The notes under the pieces were generated by a model. The model did no database searches and was not told the DNA's origin. It saw only the letters and a list, made by a program, of their open reading frames with translations. DNA of 32,000 nt, taken from NCBI RefSeq assembly GCF_000172995.2, contig NC_014729.1, forward strand, positions 420,001 to 452,000, read 5' to 3'. Within the stretch, counting starts at the first letter, position 1. Each line of letters starts with the position of its first letter. The stretch is from Halogeometricum borinquense DSM 11551. GTDB lineage: Archaea > Halobacteriota > Halobacteria > Halobacteriales > Haloferacaceae. The position numbers and the translations under genes are program-made. This document shows, one piece after another, positions 1 to 9,203 of this stretch.

Positions 1-164
1 CCGTCAACGCCCACCTCGACGAACCCCTCAACGACCATATCTGTCAAGTCGCATCCGCAGAAATCCGGGTCCGGAAAGCGCCAGAGTTCACTCACGCTCA
101 CCTTCCGGTCGTCGTTGACGGATATCCACGCGCCGTCGTCGAGGATGCGAAGCGCAACTGCCAT
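1..164 (-). CDS. hypothetical protein, N-terminal part only (gene runs off the left edge)
   Basis: Hand translation of the minus strand from ATG (cat at 162-164) gives MAVALRILDDGAWISVNDDRKVSVSELWRFPDPDFCGCDLTDMVVEGFVEVGVDG..., open to position 1. Third codon positions are mostly G/C, like neighbouring genes. No family recognised. Confidence 0.4.
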   Translation of the reverse strand, partial: MAVALRILDDGAWISVNDDRKVSVSELWRFPDPDFCGCDLTDMVVEGFVEVGVD

Positions 165-476
165 GCCTCTACTAGGTACTCGCGCTACCCCACTTTGACG
201 GCGCGAGCAAAGGCAGACTCAGTCGGTGACGCAGCTTACTGGGGCAAACGGACTGCAGTCCCACGGTTTTCCTGATACTGGTGCGTCGAAGGTATCGGCA
301 ATCGGTTCTGGTTTCCTGGAGTAAAGGTACGGATTACATCCGAAGCGTTGCTTATCCGGGTGCCGCCCATTCGGGGGAATGATGACTGACGCACACCACC
401 GACATTCGGGTCGGCGACAACACGTCTCAGCAGACGTAGCTCCTGAACTGTATCCACCAGACATCGATGATAACGA

Positions 477-647
477 ATGAACTCGGGCGACTACGACTCC
501 GAACAAGAGACCGACACAGAGGAGGACACAGCAGACGTGAGTGAGAACGATACCACGGACGACGACTACGAGCATCTCAAATCGCTTGACGACGGCGTTG
601 GGTGTACCGAAATTTGGGAACACCTCTCGGAAAGCCGCGACGGCTGA
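477..647 (+). CDS. small acidic hypothetical protein (56 aa)
   Basis: Hand translation, ATG 477 to TGA 645-647: MNSGDYDSEQETDTEEDTADVSENDTTDDDYEHLKSLDDGVGCTEIWEHLSESRDG. About 40 of 56 third positions are G/C and the composition is haloarchaeal-style acidic. Below the 60-aa cutoff of the ORF track. It overlaps the track ORF 219..623(-), which is hydrophobic/Cys-rich and looks spurious. Confidence 0.5.
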   Translation: MNSGDYDSEQETDTEEDTADVSENDTTDDDYEHLKSLDDGVGCTEIWEHLSESRDG

Positions 648-824
648 CGCGGTGTCGAGCGAACTCTCTCCCCCTCGTCTTTCGCTTCGACGCTCGTCTT
701 CGCCTGCCCCGGCCGCCGGTCGCCAGCTTCCATCCGCCCCGACCGTTAGTCACTCGTCTCCGCCCGCAGACGTTGCCGGGCGGGGAGATGCTTTTACCGG
801 CCGGTCCGTTACTGAGGTGTACGA

Positions 825-1511
825 ATGACGGATGACGACTCGGTGACCGACGGTGGCCGCCGCAACTCCCTACCTGCGGACCGTGAGGAACCGGTCGGTG
901 AACCGGTCGTCCGCGCGGACCCGGCGGTTACCGGCGAGCGGGCGCGTGAGGCTGTCGGCTTCGATCCGGACGACCCAGAGAGCGTCGCCGAGGCCGCCGA
1001 AACGGTTCGCGCCTTCTCGGAGAACACCATCGGCTCGGAGGACAACGTCTACATGCTCCGCGGTGCCGCGGCGTGTGCCGCGCTCGTCCGCGGCGTTGGG
1101 TCGTATAAGGCCGCCGCCGCCCGGGCCGGCGGTGACGTATCCGTCTCCTTTATCCGCAAGTGGGCGCGGGTCCACGACTTACCGCAGGCCGTCCGACGAC
1201 ACGTCGCCCGCGGCCACATCGCACCAACCGCCGCAAAGCACATCGCTCGCGTCTCCGGACCCGACCGATTCGATCTCGCGTGGGCCGTTCTTGACGGCGA
1301 CCTGACCGTCAGAGAAGTCCGTCGCGTTGCCAGCGAGGTGAACGACGGGCGACCGGTCGCGGACGCACTTACTGAGCGCGGTGTCCGACCCGGCCGTCTC
1401 GAACTCTCGATATCGACGGATCACTACCGTGAACTCCGTCGGCGCGCATCGCTCGAAAATCGGACGCCCGGAGACATCGTTGACGAAGCACTTGATGACT
1501 ATCTCGGCTGA
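825..1511 (+). CDS. conserved-looking hypothetical DNA-binding protein (ParB-like helix-turn-helix segment, C-terminal ribbon-helix-helix-like tail)
   Basis: 228-aa ORF with acidic composition. The central segment VSFIRKWARVHDLPQAVRRHVARGHIAPTAAKHIARV resembles ParB/Spo0J-type HTH regions. The C-terminus YRELRRRASLENRTPGDIVDEALDDYLG resembles RHH/CopG-like tails. Overlapping alternative-frame ORFs are Arg/Pro/Ser-rich shadows. Confidence 0.6.
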   Translation: MTDDDSVTDGGRRNSLPADREEPVGEPVVRADPAVTGERAREAVGFDPDDPESVAEAAETVRAFSENTIGSEDNVYMLRGAAACAALVRGVGSYKAAAARAGGDVSVSFIRKWARVHDLPQAVRRHVARGHIAPTAAKHIARVSGPDRFDLAWAVLDGDLTVREVRRVASEVNDGRPVADALTERGVRPGRLELSISTDHYRELRRRASLENRTPGDIVDEALDDYLG

Positions 1512-1545
1512 CGAGACGACTGCCGACTATCTCGATTGACGAACG

Positions 1546-2814
1546 CTATCCCGATAGAAGAAATTCCGCCGCCGCTTCGGTATACGTTTCTCTCGCTGTC
1601 TCTACGTCGTCCCAGTTGATGGTTTCGTCGGGGAAGTGCGCCTGTTCGATAGACCCCGGCCCGTAGAGGACGGTCGGTATCCCGGCGGCGACGTAGTGCC
1701 GCGAGTCCGCACCGTACGTCGCTCCGACCGGGTCCGTCGTGTCGTGCCCAGTTACACCCATCGCTGTCTGAAGCGACCGTACTACGTCTTCGTCGGCGTC
1801 TATCTCGGCTGGTTCGAATTGGATACTGAACCGCTCGAACGTCGGCGGCTGTTCCGAGAGCCAGTCGCTCTCTGCTACTACTTCAGCCAGACGCGCCTCG
1901 TACGCTTCTTCCACTTCGTCTACTGTCTCGCCGGGCGCGACGCCGAAGCGACACTCGGCGGTGAGCGTCCCCGCGACTGACGAGGCCCACGACCCGGCGC
2001 GGACGGTCCCGATGCAGACGGGCCACGGAATAGGGAACGCATCGTACAGCGGATGCGACACCGACTCGCTCCGTTCGGATTCGAGTTCGAAGAACGCCTT
2101 CCGGATACGCTCGAAGTGCGGCAACACGTCCTCACCGTTCCATCGCGTCGCCGCGTGCGCCGCCCGACCACGGAGACGCAGGCGCTTCATCACCGTCCCC
2201 TCTGTCGCCGTCACACAGCGAAGTTCGGTCGGTTCGGCGACGATTGCCGCGTCTCTGTCGAACGGATACGGGTTGTCGAGTGCGGCCGCGGCCGCACCGA
2301 TTCCACCCTCTTCCTCGCCGACGACGCTCTCGACCACTACGCGGCCGTCGAGTCCGTCCAGTTCGCCGTCTCCCACTCGCTCCTGCAGGTCTCGTACGGC
2401 GAAGACGCACGCCGCCAGACCGGATTTCATGTCGGCCGCCCCGCGGGCGGTAACTTCTCCATCGGACCACACTGGATCGAACGGATCCGACGACCAGTTC
2501 TCTCGGTCAACGGGCACCACGTCGCAGTGGCCGTTCAGGACGAGCGTCGGCCCCGCGTCAGGATCACCGAACGTCACGACCCCGGCGACACTCGGTCTGT
2601 CGGCGACGCGAATCTCGGCGGAGTCGTCCGGAAACGACGGATGCGAGGCGAGTCGGTCGGCGTCGGCAGTCCACTCGTAGGTGTCGAAACCGAACGCCTC
2701 GAACTGGTCTCGCAACCACGACTGTGCCTCTGCTTCGTCGCCGTCGGTGGTCTCAAAGCGGAGAAATCGGTCTACGAACTCGGTTAGTGGGACTTCATTC
2801 GAATGCTCTCGCAT
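1546..2814 (-). CDS. M20 family metallopeptidase (ArgE/DapE-type acetylornithine deacetylase / succinyl-diaminopimelate desuccinylase family)
   Basis: Track ORF 1546..2841. Motifs LNGHCDVVP and [10 protein letters not shown] are typical of M20 ArgE/DapE enzymes. The start is probably the internal ATG at 2814 (MREHSNEV...) rather than 2841. Confidence 0.85.
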   Translation of the reverse strand: MREHSNEVPLTEFVDRFLRFETTDGDEAEAQSWLRDQFEAFGFDTYEWTADADRLASHPSFPDDSAEIRVADRPSVAGVVTFGDPDAGPTLVLNGHCDVVPVDRENWSSDPFDPVWSDGEVTARGAADMKSGLAACVFAVRDLQERVGDGELDGLDGRVVVESVVGEEEGGIGAAAAALDNPYPFDRDAAIVAEPTELRCVTATEGTVMKRLRLRGRAAHAATRWNGEDVLPHFERIRKAFFELESERSESVSHPLYDAFPIPWPVCIGTVRAGSWASSVAGTLTAECRFGVAPGETVDEVEEAYEARLAEVVAESDWLSEQPPTFERFSIQFEPAEIDADEDVVRSLQTAMGVTGHDTTDPVGATYGADSRHYVAAGIPTVLYGPGSIEQAHFPDETINWDDVETARETYTEAAAEFLLSG

Positions 2815-2862
2815 AGTTCGCCGGACGACGCGGTGATACAAGAGCGTACGCGAGAGTAAACG

Positions 2863-2870
2863 CTTATAAG
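2863..2870 (+). promoter_or_regulatory. putative TATA box of the tRNA-Lys gene
   Basis: cttataag is centred about 28 nt upstream of tRNA position 1 (2895), the usual archaeal TATA spacing. Confidence 0.45.
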
Positions 2871-2894
2871 TACCCGACAGTTATGAACGGTCGA

Positions 2895-2968
<74 letters not shown>

Positions 2969-2973
2969 TTTTT
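2969..2973 (+). terminator. T5 run directly after the tRNA (archaeal oligo-T terminator)
   Basis: ttttt immediately follows the discriminator base. Confidence 0.5.
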
Positions 2974-3124
2974 AGATCCGTGAGCGACAGTGAGCGGTGT
3001 CGTTGCTTGTCGGACGGTTCTACTCACATCTGTCACAGCCACGAGTGACATCCAAAAGTGAACTCGACCGGGATTGGTTCAAGCCCCTCCAGCGAAACTC
3101 TTCTCTGCGGCCGACGCGACGGCG

Positions 3125-4924
3125 TTATTCGGTATCTAACAGACCAGCCATCTCGTCGAGGTAGTCGCCGTACACGGACAGCGCCGACTCGATGGGTTCG
3201 GGCGAGGCCATATCGACGCCAGCGGTCTCAAGCACTTCGATGGGGTACTTCGCCCCGCCGAGTGCGAGGGCGTCGCGGTAGTCGGCGGCGGCGTCTTCGC
3301 CCTCGTTCAGGATGCGTTCGACGATGGCGACGGCGGCGGAGATGCCCGTCGAGTACTGGTAGACGTAGTAGTTGTAGTAGAAGTGCGGAATGCGCATCCA
3401 CTCGCGTGCGATTCGGTCGTCTACGTTCGCTGGCGCGTAGAACTCCCGTTTCAGGTCGCCGTACAGTTGGTCGAGACGGTCCGGCGTGAGCGCGCCGCCC
3501 TCCTCGGAGATGGTGTGCATCTGGTGTTCGAAGTCGGCGAACATCGTCTGCCGGTACAGCGTCGAGCGGAAGCGTTCGAGATACTCATCGAGGACGTGCA
3601 TCCGGAACTCGTCGTCTTCGACGTTCTCCAAGAGATACTGCGTGAGAAGCGTCTCGTTCACCGTAGAGGCGACTTCTGCGACGAAAATCGTGTAATCCGC
3701 GTAGTGCCACGGTTGCTCTTCTTTCGCCAACTCCGAGTGCAGCGAGTGACCGAGTTCGTGTGCGAGGGTGAACATCGAGGAGATGTCTTCCTGATAGTTC
3801 ATCATGATGAACGGCTGGGTGTCGTACGTGCCGGAGGAGAACGCGCCCGACCGCTTCCCGCGGTTTTCGTACACGTCAACCCAGCGGTCCTCTAACCCCT
3901 GTGCGAGTTGCGACTGGTACTCCTCGCCGAGCGGGGCGACAGCCTCGATGATGTACTCTTTGGCCTCCTCGTAGGTGATCTCCGGACCTTCGTCCCCGGT
4001 CAGCGACATGTAGAGGTCCCACATCTCCAACTCCTCGACGCCGAGCGCACCGCGCTTCAGTTCGGCGTGTCGGTGGAGGTAGTCGAGGTTGTCACGGACA
4101 GTCTCCACGAGGTTGTCGTACACTTCGACGGGGACGTTCGTGCCGTCGAGTGCGGCCTCGCGGGCCGTCTCGTAGTTTCGCGCGTTGGCGTACTTCACGT
4201 CCTTTTTGACGCTGTTTTTCAGTGCCGTGCCAACGGTGTTGCGCACGTCACCCCACTCGTCGTAGAACTGCTGGTACACTTCGCGGCGGAACTGTCGGTT
4301 CGGGTGTTTCTGGAGTTTCGTGAAGTTGCCCTGTGATATTTCAACCTCTTCACCCTCGGGGTTCTCGACGGTGGGAAACGTCATGTCCGCGTTCGAGAGC
4401 ATGCCGAAAATGTCGCTCGGGGCACTGGCGACTTCACCCAACTCGGCGAGGACTTCCTCGACTTCGGCCGACCGAGTGTGCGGTTTCATCCGCAGCACGT
4501 CGTCAAAGTAGTGTTCGTAGTCGACGAGTTCGGGTTCTGTCTCGATGAACGACTCCACGTCCGCCTCGCTCAGTTCCTGCAGTTCGGGCTCGACGAAACT
4601 CACCGTCGATTGGGCTTCCGAGGAGAGCGATTCGGCCTTTGCTTGGAGTGCCTGATACTCCTGATCTCGGGTGTCTTCGGCGCTTCGCAAACTGGCGTAG
4701 TTGGCGACTTTCGAGACCTCACGCATGATCTCCTCTTGGAGTTCGAGGAGTTCGAGAAGCGTCTCTGGACTCTCCGTCACGCGCCCTTCGTAGGCGGCAA
4801 TCTCGGACAGTCGTTCCTGCACGTCTTCGAACGCCGTCTCCCACTCGTCGTCGCTAGCGTAGATACTCTCTAAATCCCACTTGTATTCGGAGTCGATTTC
4901 ACTCCGTTCGGGAACCGAACTCAT
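3125..4924 (-). CDS. pepF: oligoendopeptidase F (M3B family)
   Basis: Track ORF 3125..4963. Zinc motif HELGHSLH and overall PepF-like length and layout. The likely start is ATG at 4924 (MSSVPERSEIDSEYKWDLESIY...), verified as cat at 4922-4924. Confidence 0.9.
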   Translation of the reverse strand: MSSVPERSEIDSEYKWDLESIYASDDEWETAFEDVQERLSEIAAYEGRVTESPETLLELLELQEEIMREVSKVANYASLRSAEDTRDQEYQALQAKAESLSSEAQSTVSFVEPELQELSEADVESFIETEPELVDYEHYFDDVLRMKPHTRSAEVEEVLAELGEVASAPSDIFGMLSNADMTFPTVENPEGEEVEISQGNFTKLQKHPNRQFRREVYQQFYDEWGDVRNTVGTALKNSVKKDVKYANARNYETAREAALDGTNVPVEVYDNLVETVRDNLDYLHRHAELKRGALGVEELEMWDLYMSLTGDEGPEITYEEAKEYIIEAVAPLGEEYQSQLAQGLEDRWVDVYENRGKRSGAFSSGTYDTQPFIMMNYQEDISSMFTLAHELGHSLHSELAKEEQPWHYADYTIFVAEVASTVNETLLTQYLLENVEDDEFRMHVLDEYLERFRSTLYRQTMFADFEHQMHTISEEGGALTPDRLDQLYGDLKREFYAPANVDDRIAREWMRIPHFYYNYYVYQYSTGISAAVAIVERILNEGEDAAADYRDALALGGAKYPIEVLETAGVDMASPEPIESALSVYGDYLDEMAGLLDTE

Positions 4925-5057
4925 ACCTCGTGAGAACGGCGGTGTCGTGGTAAACTTTGCCAATTGTCGCTGCGTCTGCTAGTTTCTCACGGATACACTC
5001 GGTCAAGCGAATCAATCACAAACGGTATCGGCACAGCTCTAGGGGTTCGTGAAAGGT

Positions 5058-5193
5058 GTGGGGGGGAGGGCTGCAGACAACGGTCGGCCCACGCGCCATG
5101 GTGGGGTGGGGGGGAAGCGGCGCGCAGGCCGTGGGTGGGCGGGGGGTGTCCAGGGATCGGATGGGTGGGGTGTGGGATGGTGGGGTTGGGGGG
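5058..5193 (+). repeat. dense G-run cluster (G-quadruplex-prone on the + strand, C-rich on the - strand) in the pepF upstream intergenic region
   Basis: G runs counted by hand: G7 5060-5066, G3 5068-5070, G4 5103-5106, G7 5108-5114. Nine further runs of G3-G6 lie between 5133 and 5193, separated by loops of 1-7 nt. Confidence 0.8.
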
Positions 5194-5326
5194 CACCTAC
5201 CCACGAATCACGCCCGATAGGGGCGTATTCGCACGTGTTCCGACAGGGTGTCGGTTCGTGGCGGGACACGAACGCCGTCGCGCCCGTGCCGCACCTGTTG
5301 GTAATATGGGAGGTGACGTATTCGTG

Positions 5327-5464
5327 ATGCCTAACCACTTTGGGTCCTCAGAGAACCAGACGGATAGTATCGCTCGCCTGTACAACGATTGGTGCCGCGT
5401 TAGGGGGCAGATCACGGCATCCCCCGTCGAGATGGAGATCGACGGAGTGCTTGATTTCTACTGA
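5327..5464 (+). CDS. possible small protein (45 aa; alternative ATG at 5306 gives 52 aa)
   Basis: This is the C-terminal part of track ORF 4964..5464: MPNHFGSSENQTDSIARLYNDWCRVRGQITASPVEMEIDGVLDFY. About 33 of 45 third positions are G/C. The upstream part of the track ORF is only a translation of the G-tract. No family recognised. Confidence 0.3.
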   Translation: MPNHFGSSENQTDSIARLYNDWCRVRGQITASPVEMEIDGVLDFY

Positions 5465-5471
5465 TTCGCGG

Positions 5472-5627
5472 CTAATGTCTTGTCGCGCGGGCTTCTCTCA
5501 CGTCACCACCGTCTCTGACCTTGTCTTCGCAACTCGGGCACACTCGGGGGTTGTTCATCCCTTCGGGGGCGAAGACGCGGACGTACTCCGTTGTTACGAA
5601 CGAACCGCAGTTGTCACACTTCGGCAT
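5472..5627 (-). CDS. small zinc-finger protein (two CxxC pairs, haloarchaeal CPxCG-related type), 51 aa
   Basis: Base-by-base reverse translation from ATG (cat 5625-5627) to TAG (cta 5472-5474): MPKCDNCGSFVTTEYVRVFAPEGMNNPRVCPSCEDKVRDGGDVREARATRH. The pairs are CDNC and CPSC. Below the ORF-track size cutoff. Confidence 0.75.
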   Translation of the reverse strand: MPKCDNCGSFVTTEYVRVFAPEGMNNPRVCPSCEDKVRDGGDVREARATRH

Positions 5628-5791
5628 CGGACTGTTCTTAGCAGTTACTGTGAATAAAATTTAGGGCCATTGTCAGGTTGAGTCGGAATTCGTTCAGTCT
5701 GAGACCCCTTCCATCAACGGTGTGTCTCCGATTCTCGGCAGACGCTGTTGTCACCCCCAACTTCTTTCGTACTTTCCGTCAACGGCGTGAT

Positions 5792-7117
5792 ATGGACAAC
5801 CACAACAAAGAGAGAAACGCCGCACTTGGTCGGGCGTGGACCGACGACGAATCGTGGGACTTTCTCACCCGTCTGACTCGCATCGGCAATCGGATGGGCG
5901 GCAGCAATGGCGAACGGCGTGCAGCGACACTTGTCGCCGAGGCTTTCCGGGATGCTGGCGTCTGCGATGTCCACACGGACCCGTTCGAGATGCAGGCGTG
6001 GTCTCGTGGGCGGTCGAGACTCTCGCTCGAAGCCGATGGCAGAGCGTTCGACACCGTCGCACTCCCGTACTCTCCGTCGGGTGACGTGACCGGCGAACTC
6101 GTCTACGTCGGCCACGGGACACCTGACGAGGTGGACGAACACGACGTCGCGGGGAAGATTGTCGTCGCATCAACAACGACGCCGCCCGGCGGTCGATTCG
6201 TTCACCGCATGGAGAAGTTCGGTTACGCCATCGATGCGGGCGCGGAGGCGTTCGTCTTCGTCAACCACGTCCCCGGACAACTTCCGCCGACGGGGGCGTT
6301 GAAGTTCGGCGAGGAGGCGGTCGCCCCCGCTGTCGGTGTCAGCAAGGAGTCCGGCGCGTGGCTGAAAGACGACGCGGAGGACGGTACAATGGCGCGATTG
6401 ACTGTTGAGGCTGAGACGACGACCGGGGAGAGCCAGAACGTCGTCGGCCGACTTGGTCCCGACACTGACGAGGAGATACTGTTGCTGGCTCACTACGACG
6501 CCCACGACATCGCTGAGGGGGCACTCGACAACGGGTGCGGTATCGCCGTCGTCGTCACTGCGGCGCGAATTCTCGCACAATTCGATCTCTCTGTCGGCGT
6601 CCGTATCGCAGGCGTCGGATGCGAAGAGACCGGTTTGACCGGTTCGGAACACCTTGCTGAACAACTTGCCCACGACCGAATCAAGGCCGTCGTGAACGTG
6701 GACGGCGCGGGTCGGTTCCGCGATTTGATTGCGATGACGCACACCTCAGAGGCGACAGCGTCGGTTGCCGAACGCGTCGCCGACGAGACGCGACACCCGA
6801 TTCAGATCGAAACGGAACCGCACCCGTTCAGCGATCAGTGGCCGTTCGCCCGTGCAGGCGTCCCCGCCTTGCAACTGCACAGCGACAGCGGCGAACGCGG
6901 ACGGGGGTGGGGGCATACCCACGCCGACACCCGCGATAAGGTGGACGACCGAAACATCCGCGAACACGCGATGCTCACGGCGTTACTCGTCGCAGAACTC
7001 GCTGGCGAGGACGAGGTGCCGCGCCTTGACACCGAGGAACTCGCCGCGGCGTTCCGCGATGCAGGTTTCGAGACGGGGATGCGCGCGGCGGACCTGTGGC
7101 CCGACGCGTGGGAGTGA
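5792..7117 (+). CDS. M28 family aminopeptidase
   Basis: Track ORF 5678..7117 starts at a TTG. Motifs HYDAHDIAEGALDNGCGIAVV and GCEETGLTGSEH are typical M28 metal-ligand regions. The likely start is ATG 5792 (MDNHNKERN...). Confidence 0.85.
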   Translation: MDNHNKERNAALGRAWTDDESWDFLTRLTRIGNRMGGSNGERRAATLVAEAFRDAGVCDVHTDPFEMQAWSRGRSRLSLEADGRAFDTVALPYSPSGDVTGELVYVGHGTPDEVDEHDVAGKIVVASTTTPPGGRFVHRMEKFGYAIDAGAEAFVFVNHVPGQLPPTGALKFGEEAVAPAVGVSKESGAWLKDDAEDGTMARLTVEAETTTGESQNVVGRLGPDTDEEILLLAHYDAHDIAEGALDNGCGIAVVVTAARILAQFDLSVGVRIAGVGCEETGLTGSEHLAEQLAHDRIKAVVNVDGAGRFRDLIAMTHTSEATASVAERVADETRHPIQIETEPHPFSDQWPFARAGVPALQLHSDSGERGRGWGHTHADTRDKVDDRNIREHAMLTALLVAELAGEDEVPRLDTEELAAAFRDAGFETGMRAADLWPDAWE

Positions 7118-7157
7118 ATGAAAGAGTGAGGTTTCGTCGGCTACGAGCGGATGAGAC

Positions 7158-7403
7158 TTATCGGACACCGTCCACGGCGATGGCAATTCCTCTGAGAAAC
7201 TGCCGCGCCGCAAAGTACACAACCGGGATCATAATGATGGCGTACACGAAAACGCCGAAACCGATTTCGTCCGCAATACCGCCGATTCGTTCGGCGACGA
7301 AGTTCCCGACGGCAAAGATGACAAACGCGACCGTGAGGTGGCGGGCTCCGACGCTAATGGCCGACTCTGAGACGGCGAACGAGTCCGCCGGGTCGTCGCT
7401 CAT
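7158..7403 (-). CDS. small membrane protein (two predicted TM helices), unknown function
   Basis: 81-aa ORF with an acidic N-terminus followed by hydrophobic stretches HLTVAFVIFAVGNFVA and FGVFVYAIIMIPVVYFAA. Confidence 0.6.
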   Translation of the reverse strand: MSDDPADSFAVSESAISVGARHLTVAFVIFAVGNFVAERIGGIADEIGFGVFVYAIIMIPVVYFAARQFLRGIAIAVDGVR

Positions 7404-7520
7404 CGAGTCCCACCTGCCGACATAACGGCGGCTGGGATTCGACTGCGTACTACATCATTCCGTGTTCGGGTCACCGATTGGAGGATCACACCTGATGTTC
7501 ACCGACATCGTCTAAAAGCA

Positions 7521-8168
7521 TTAACAGATTGCTACCACGTCATCCAGCGACTCCACTTCGTACGTCGGGTTGGCGGCCAACTGGTAGTCGTCGCGGTGTG
7601 GGCGGCGGATAAATGCTGAGTCGGCACCGGCCCGGGTGGCGGCTAACACGTCCACATTACTGTCACCGACGTAGAGAACGCTCTCGGCGTCGAGTTCGTC
7701 GATAGCGCGTTCGAGGTAGTGCGGTGAGGGCTTGCGGTTCCGATAGCCTTCGACCGTCGGTGACCGACCGTACGCGACCTCGAACTGATCGCGGAGTTCG
7801 AACGCGTCGAGTATTGTTTCGACTGTTTCGTGTTGGTTGTTGCTCACCACCCCCATCGTCCGGTCGAGATCCGAAAGGACCGACACATCGTCGTACAGCG
7901 TCTTTTCACCGCGTTCGATGGCGGCGGCTTGGGCGGCCGCCGCGTTCGCCTCGCGGCGAGGCCAGAACGCTTCGTAGTCCACGTCGTGAATCTCACAAAT
8001 GCGTTGGACGCGTGCGAAACTCCCGTGGATGACGCTGTCTACGCCCTCTGTCGTCGGTTCGACGCCGAACTCCGAGAACGCCGCGCGAACCGCCTCGCGG
8101 TGGACGGTCGTCGCCGTCGGTCTCGTCAGGACGCCGTCGTTGTCGAAGATGACCGCGTCGTAGCACAT
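7521..8168 (-). CDS. HAD-superfamily hydrolase (phosphatase-like)
   Basis: Motif I VIFDNDGVL lies near the N-terminus and motif IV YVGDSNVDV near the C-terminus. Start chosen at ATG 8168 (MCYDAVIFDNDGVL); the track start at 8183 is also possible. Confidence 0.85.
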   Translation of the reverse strand: MCYDAVIFDNDGVLTRPTATTVHREAVRAAFSEFGVEPTTEGVDSVIHGSFARVQRICEIHDVDYEAFWPRREANAAAAQAAAIERGEKTLYDDVSVLSDLDRTMGVVSNNQHETVETILDAFELRDQFEVAYGRSPTVEGYRNRKPSPHYLERAIDELDAESVLYVGDSNVDVLAATRAGADSAFIRRPHRDDYQLAANPTYEVESLDDVVAIC

Positions 8169-8297
8169 ACGCGCGTGTCGCATCTGCGACGACCAAGAGG
8201 TTGCTATGAGTGGTGTGTTCTCCTCTGTTCGGCTACAGAGTCTATATTCGGTCGCAACTGCGATGCTCTCTTTCGCCGTCGCTCGACAACCGGGGCG

Positions 8298-9116
8298 CTA
8301 TCTCTCGCTGTCGCCTTCGATTCCGCGGCGGATGCGTCCGGCAACCCGGGTGCGAATGAGACCGTCACGCCGCCGCTTCTCGAAGACGCCTGCGGCACTT
8401 TCGACGGCCTCTGGGTCGCGTTCGAACGTCACACCGGGATAGACAACGCGTTCGAGGACGAGCGGCTCTGCCGGAGCAGTCGGTACGCCTTCCGGTCCCG
8501 GAACCGTTTCGGGTCCAAGAACCGTCTCGATGTCGGCAAGCGGCCGGTCGCCGGTTGCGACGCTGTGGACGATGCTGGCGAGACGGCGGACGAGGTTGTA
8601 CGGGAATCCGCCCGCGGCGACCGAGAGGACGAGAAACTCACCGTCGGCTTCGACGGAGACGGTCACGTCTCGGACTGTGCCGGTGTCATCGGGCGTGAGA
8701 TTGTGGAAGTCGTGTTCGCCCGTCAGCGCGTCGGCGGCCGCCTGCGCTTTGGACTCGTCCGCTTCAGGGGCGTAGAGGTCGTAGACGTATGCCCGACGAG
8801 CGGCATCGTGCGTCGCGTGGAATCGCTCACCTACGTCGGCTGCGGCCCACGCCCGGACGCTTTCGGGCAGTTCGGCGTTCATCGCGCGTGGCGTACACCA
8901 CTCTGGACAGTCGAACGCGACGGTCTGTGCGAGCGCCGACACTCCGGCATCGGTGCGGCCGGCGGCGGCGTATCCGGTCGGTTTCCGTGCGTCCTCGTCG
9001 AGAACACCGAGCGACCGGAGGGCGTCGAAGATGCTATCTTCGACTGTCGGCACTGACGGCTGTCGCTGGAATCCGTAAAACGGTCGGCCGTCGTAGGCGA
9101 TACGGAAAGCGCGCAC
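8298..9116 (-). CDS. truA: tRNA pseudouridine synthase A
   Basis: N-terminus MRAFRIAYDGRPFYGFQRQP and the catalytic-Asp motif GRTDAGVSA. Confidence 0.9.
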   Translation of the reverse strand: MRAFRIAYDGRPFYGFQRQPSVPTVEDSIFDALRSLGVLDEDARKPTGYAAAGRTDAGVSALAQTVAFDCPEWCTPRAMNAELPESVRAWAAADVGERFHATHDAARRAYVYDLYAPEADESKAQAAADALTGEHDFHNLTPDDTGTVRDVTVSVEADGEFLVLSVAAGGFPYNLVRRLASIVHSVATGDRPLADIETVLGPETVPGPEGVPTAPAEPLVLERVVYPGVTFERDPEAVESAAGVFEKRRRDGLIRTRVAGRIRRGIEGDSER

Positions 9117-9203
9117 GAGTTGCTCTCGTCGGCATTCGGACTTATCGCCCGCGATTCTCGTCCCGGTTCGGGATGATTCGCGCGAACTCGTCGTTCGGCG
9201 GAT

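Noticed and set aside
219-623. 134-aa minus-strand ORF (and 236..457) near the left edge.
   Set aside because: The composition is hydrophobic, Cys-rich and non-acidic. It overlaps the better-supported acidic 56-aa + strand ORF (477-647). A 33-codon + strand ORF (379-480) overlapping that ATG by ATGA was also considered, but it has poor third-position G/C (about 15 of 33).
3076-3090. ggttcaagcccctcc, 110 nt downstream of tRNA-Lys, resembles the tRNA T-arm (ggttcaagtccctcc) and might be an att-site remnant of an integrated element.
   Set aside because: Similarity is limited to about 15 nt. The flanks do not form a T-stem or acceptor stem, and there is no integrase or foreign-composition DNA next to the tRNA. 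Chance similarity, or at most a very old remnant.
4964-5464. 166-aa + strand ORF, and the Pro/His-rich minus-strand ORFs (4987..5196, 5016..5204, 5039..5338), across the pepF upstream gap.
   Set aside because: The Gly/Trp-rich and Pro-rich sequences are just translations of the G-run tract. Only the last 45-52 codons (5306/5327-5464) have coding-like third-position bias, and these are listed separately at low confidence.
7830-9056. Long track ORFs such as 7830..9056(+), 24144..24917(-), 26604..27656(+), 27043..27813(-), 20481..21335(-), 14371..14940(-) and 9543..10223(+).
   Set aside because: They lie antisense to, or out of frame with, genes carrying clear family motifs (HAD/truA, S2P, pitA, lysS, UPF0104, hisS). 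Their Arg/Pro/Ser/Gly-rich composition is typical of shadow ORFs in GC-rich genomes.
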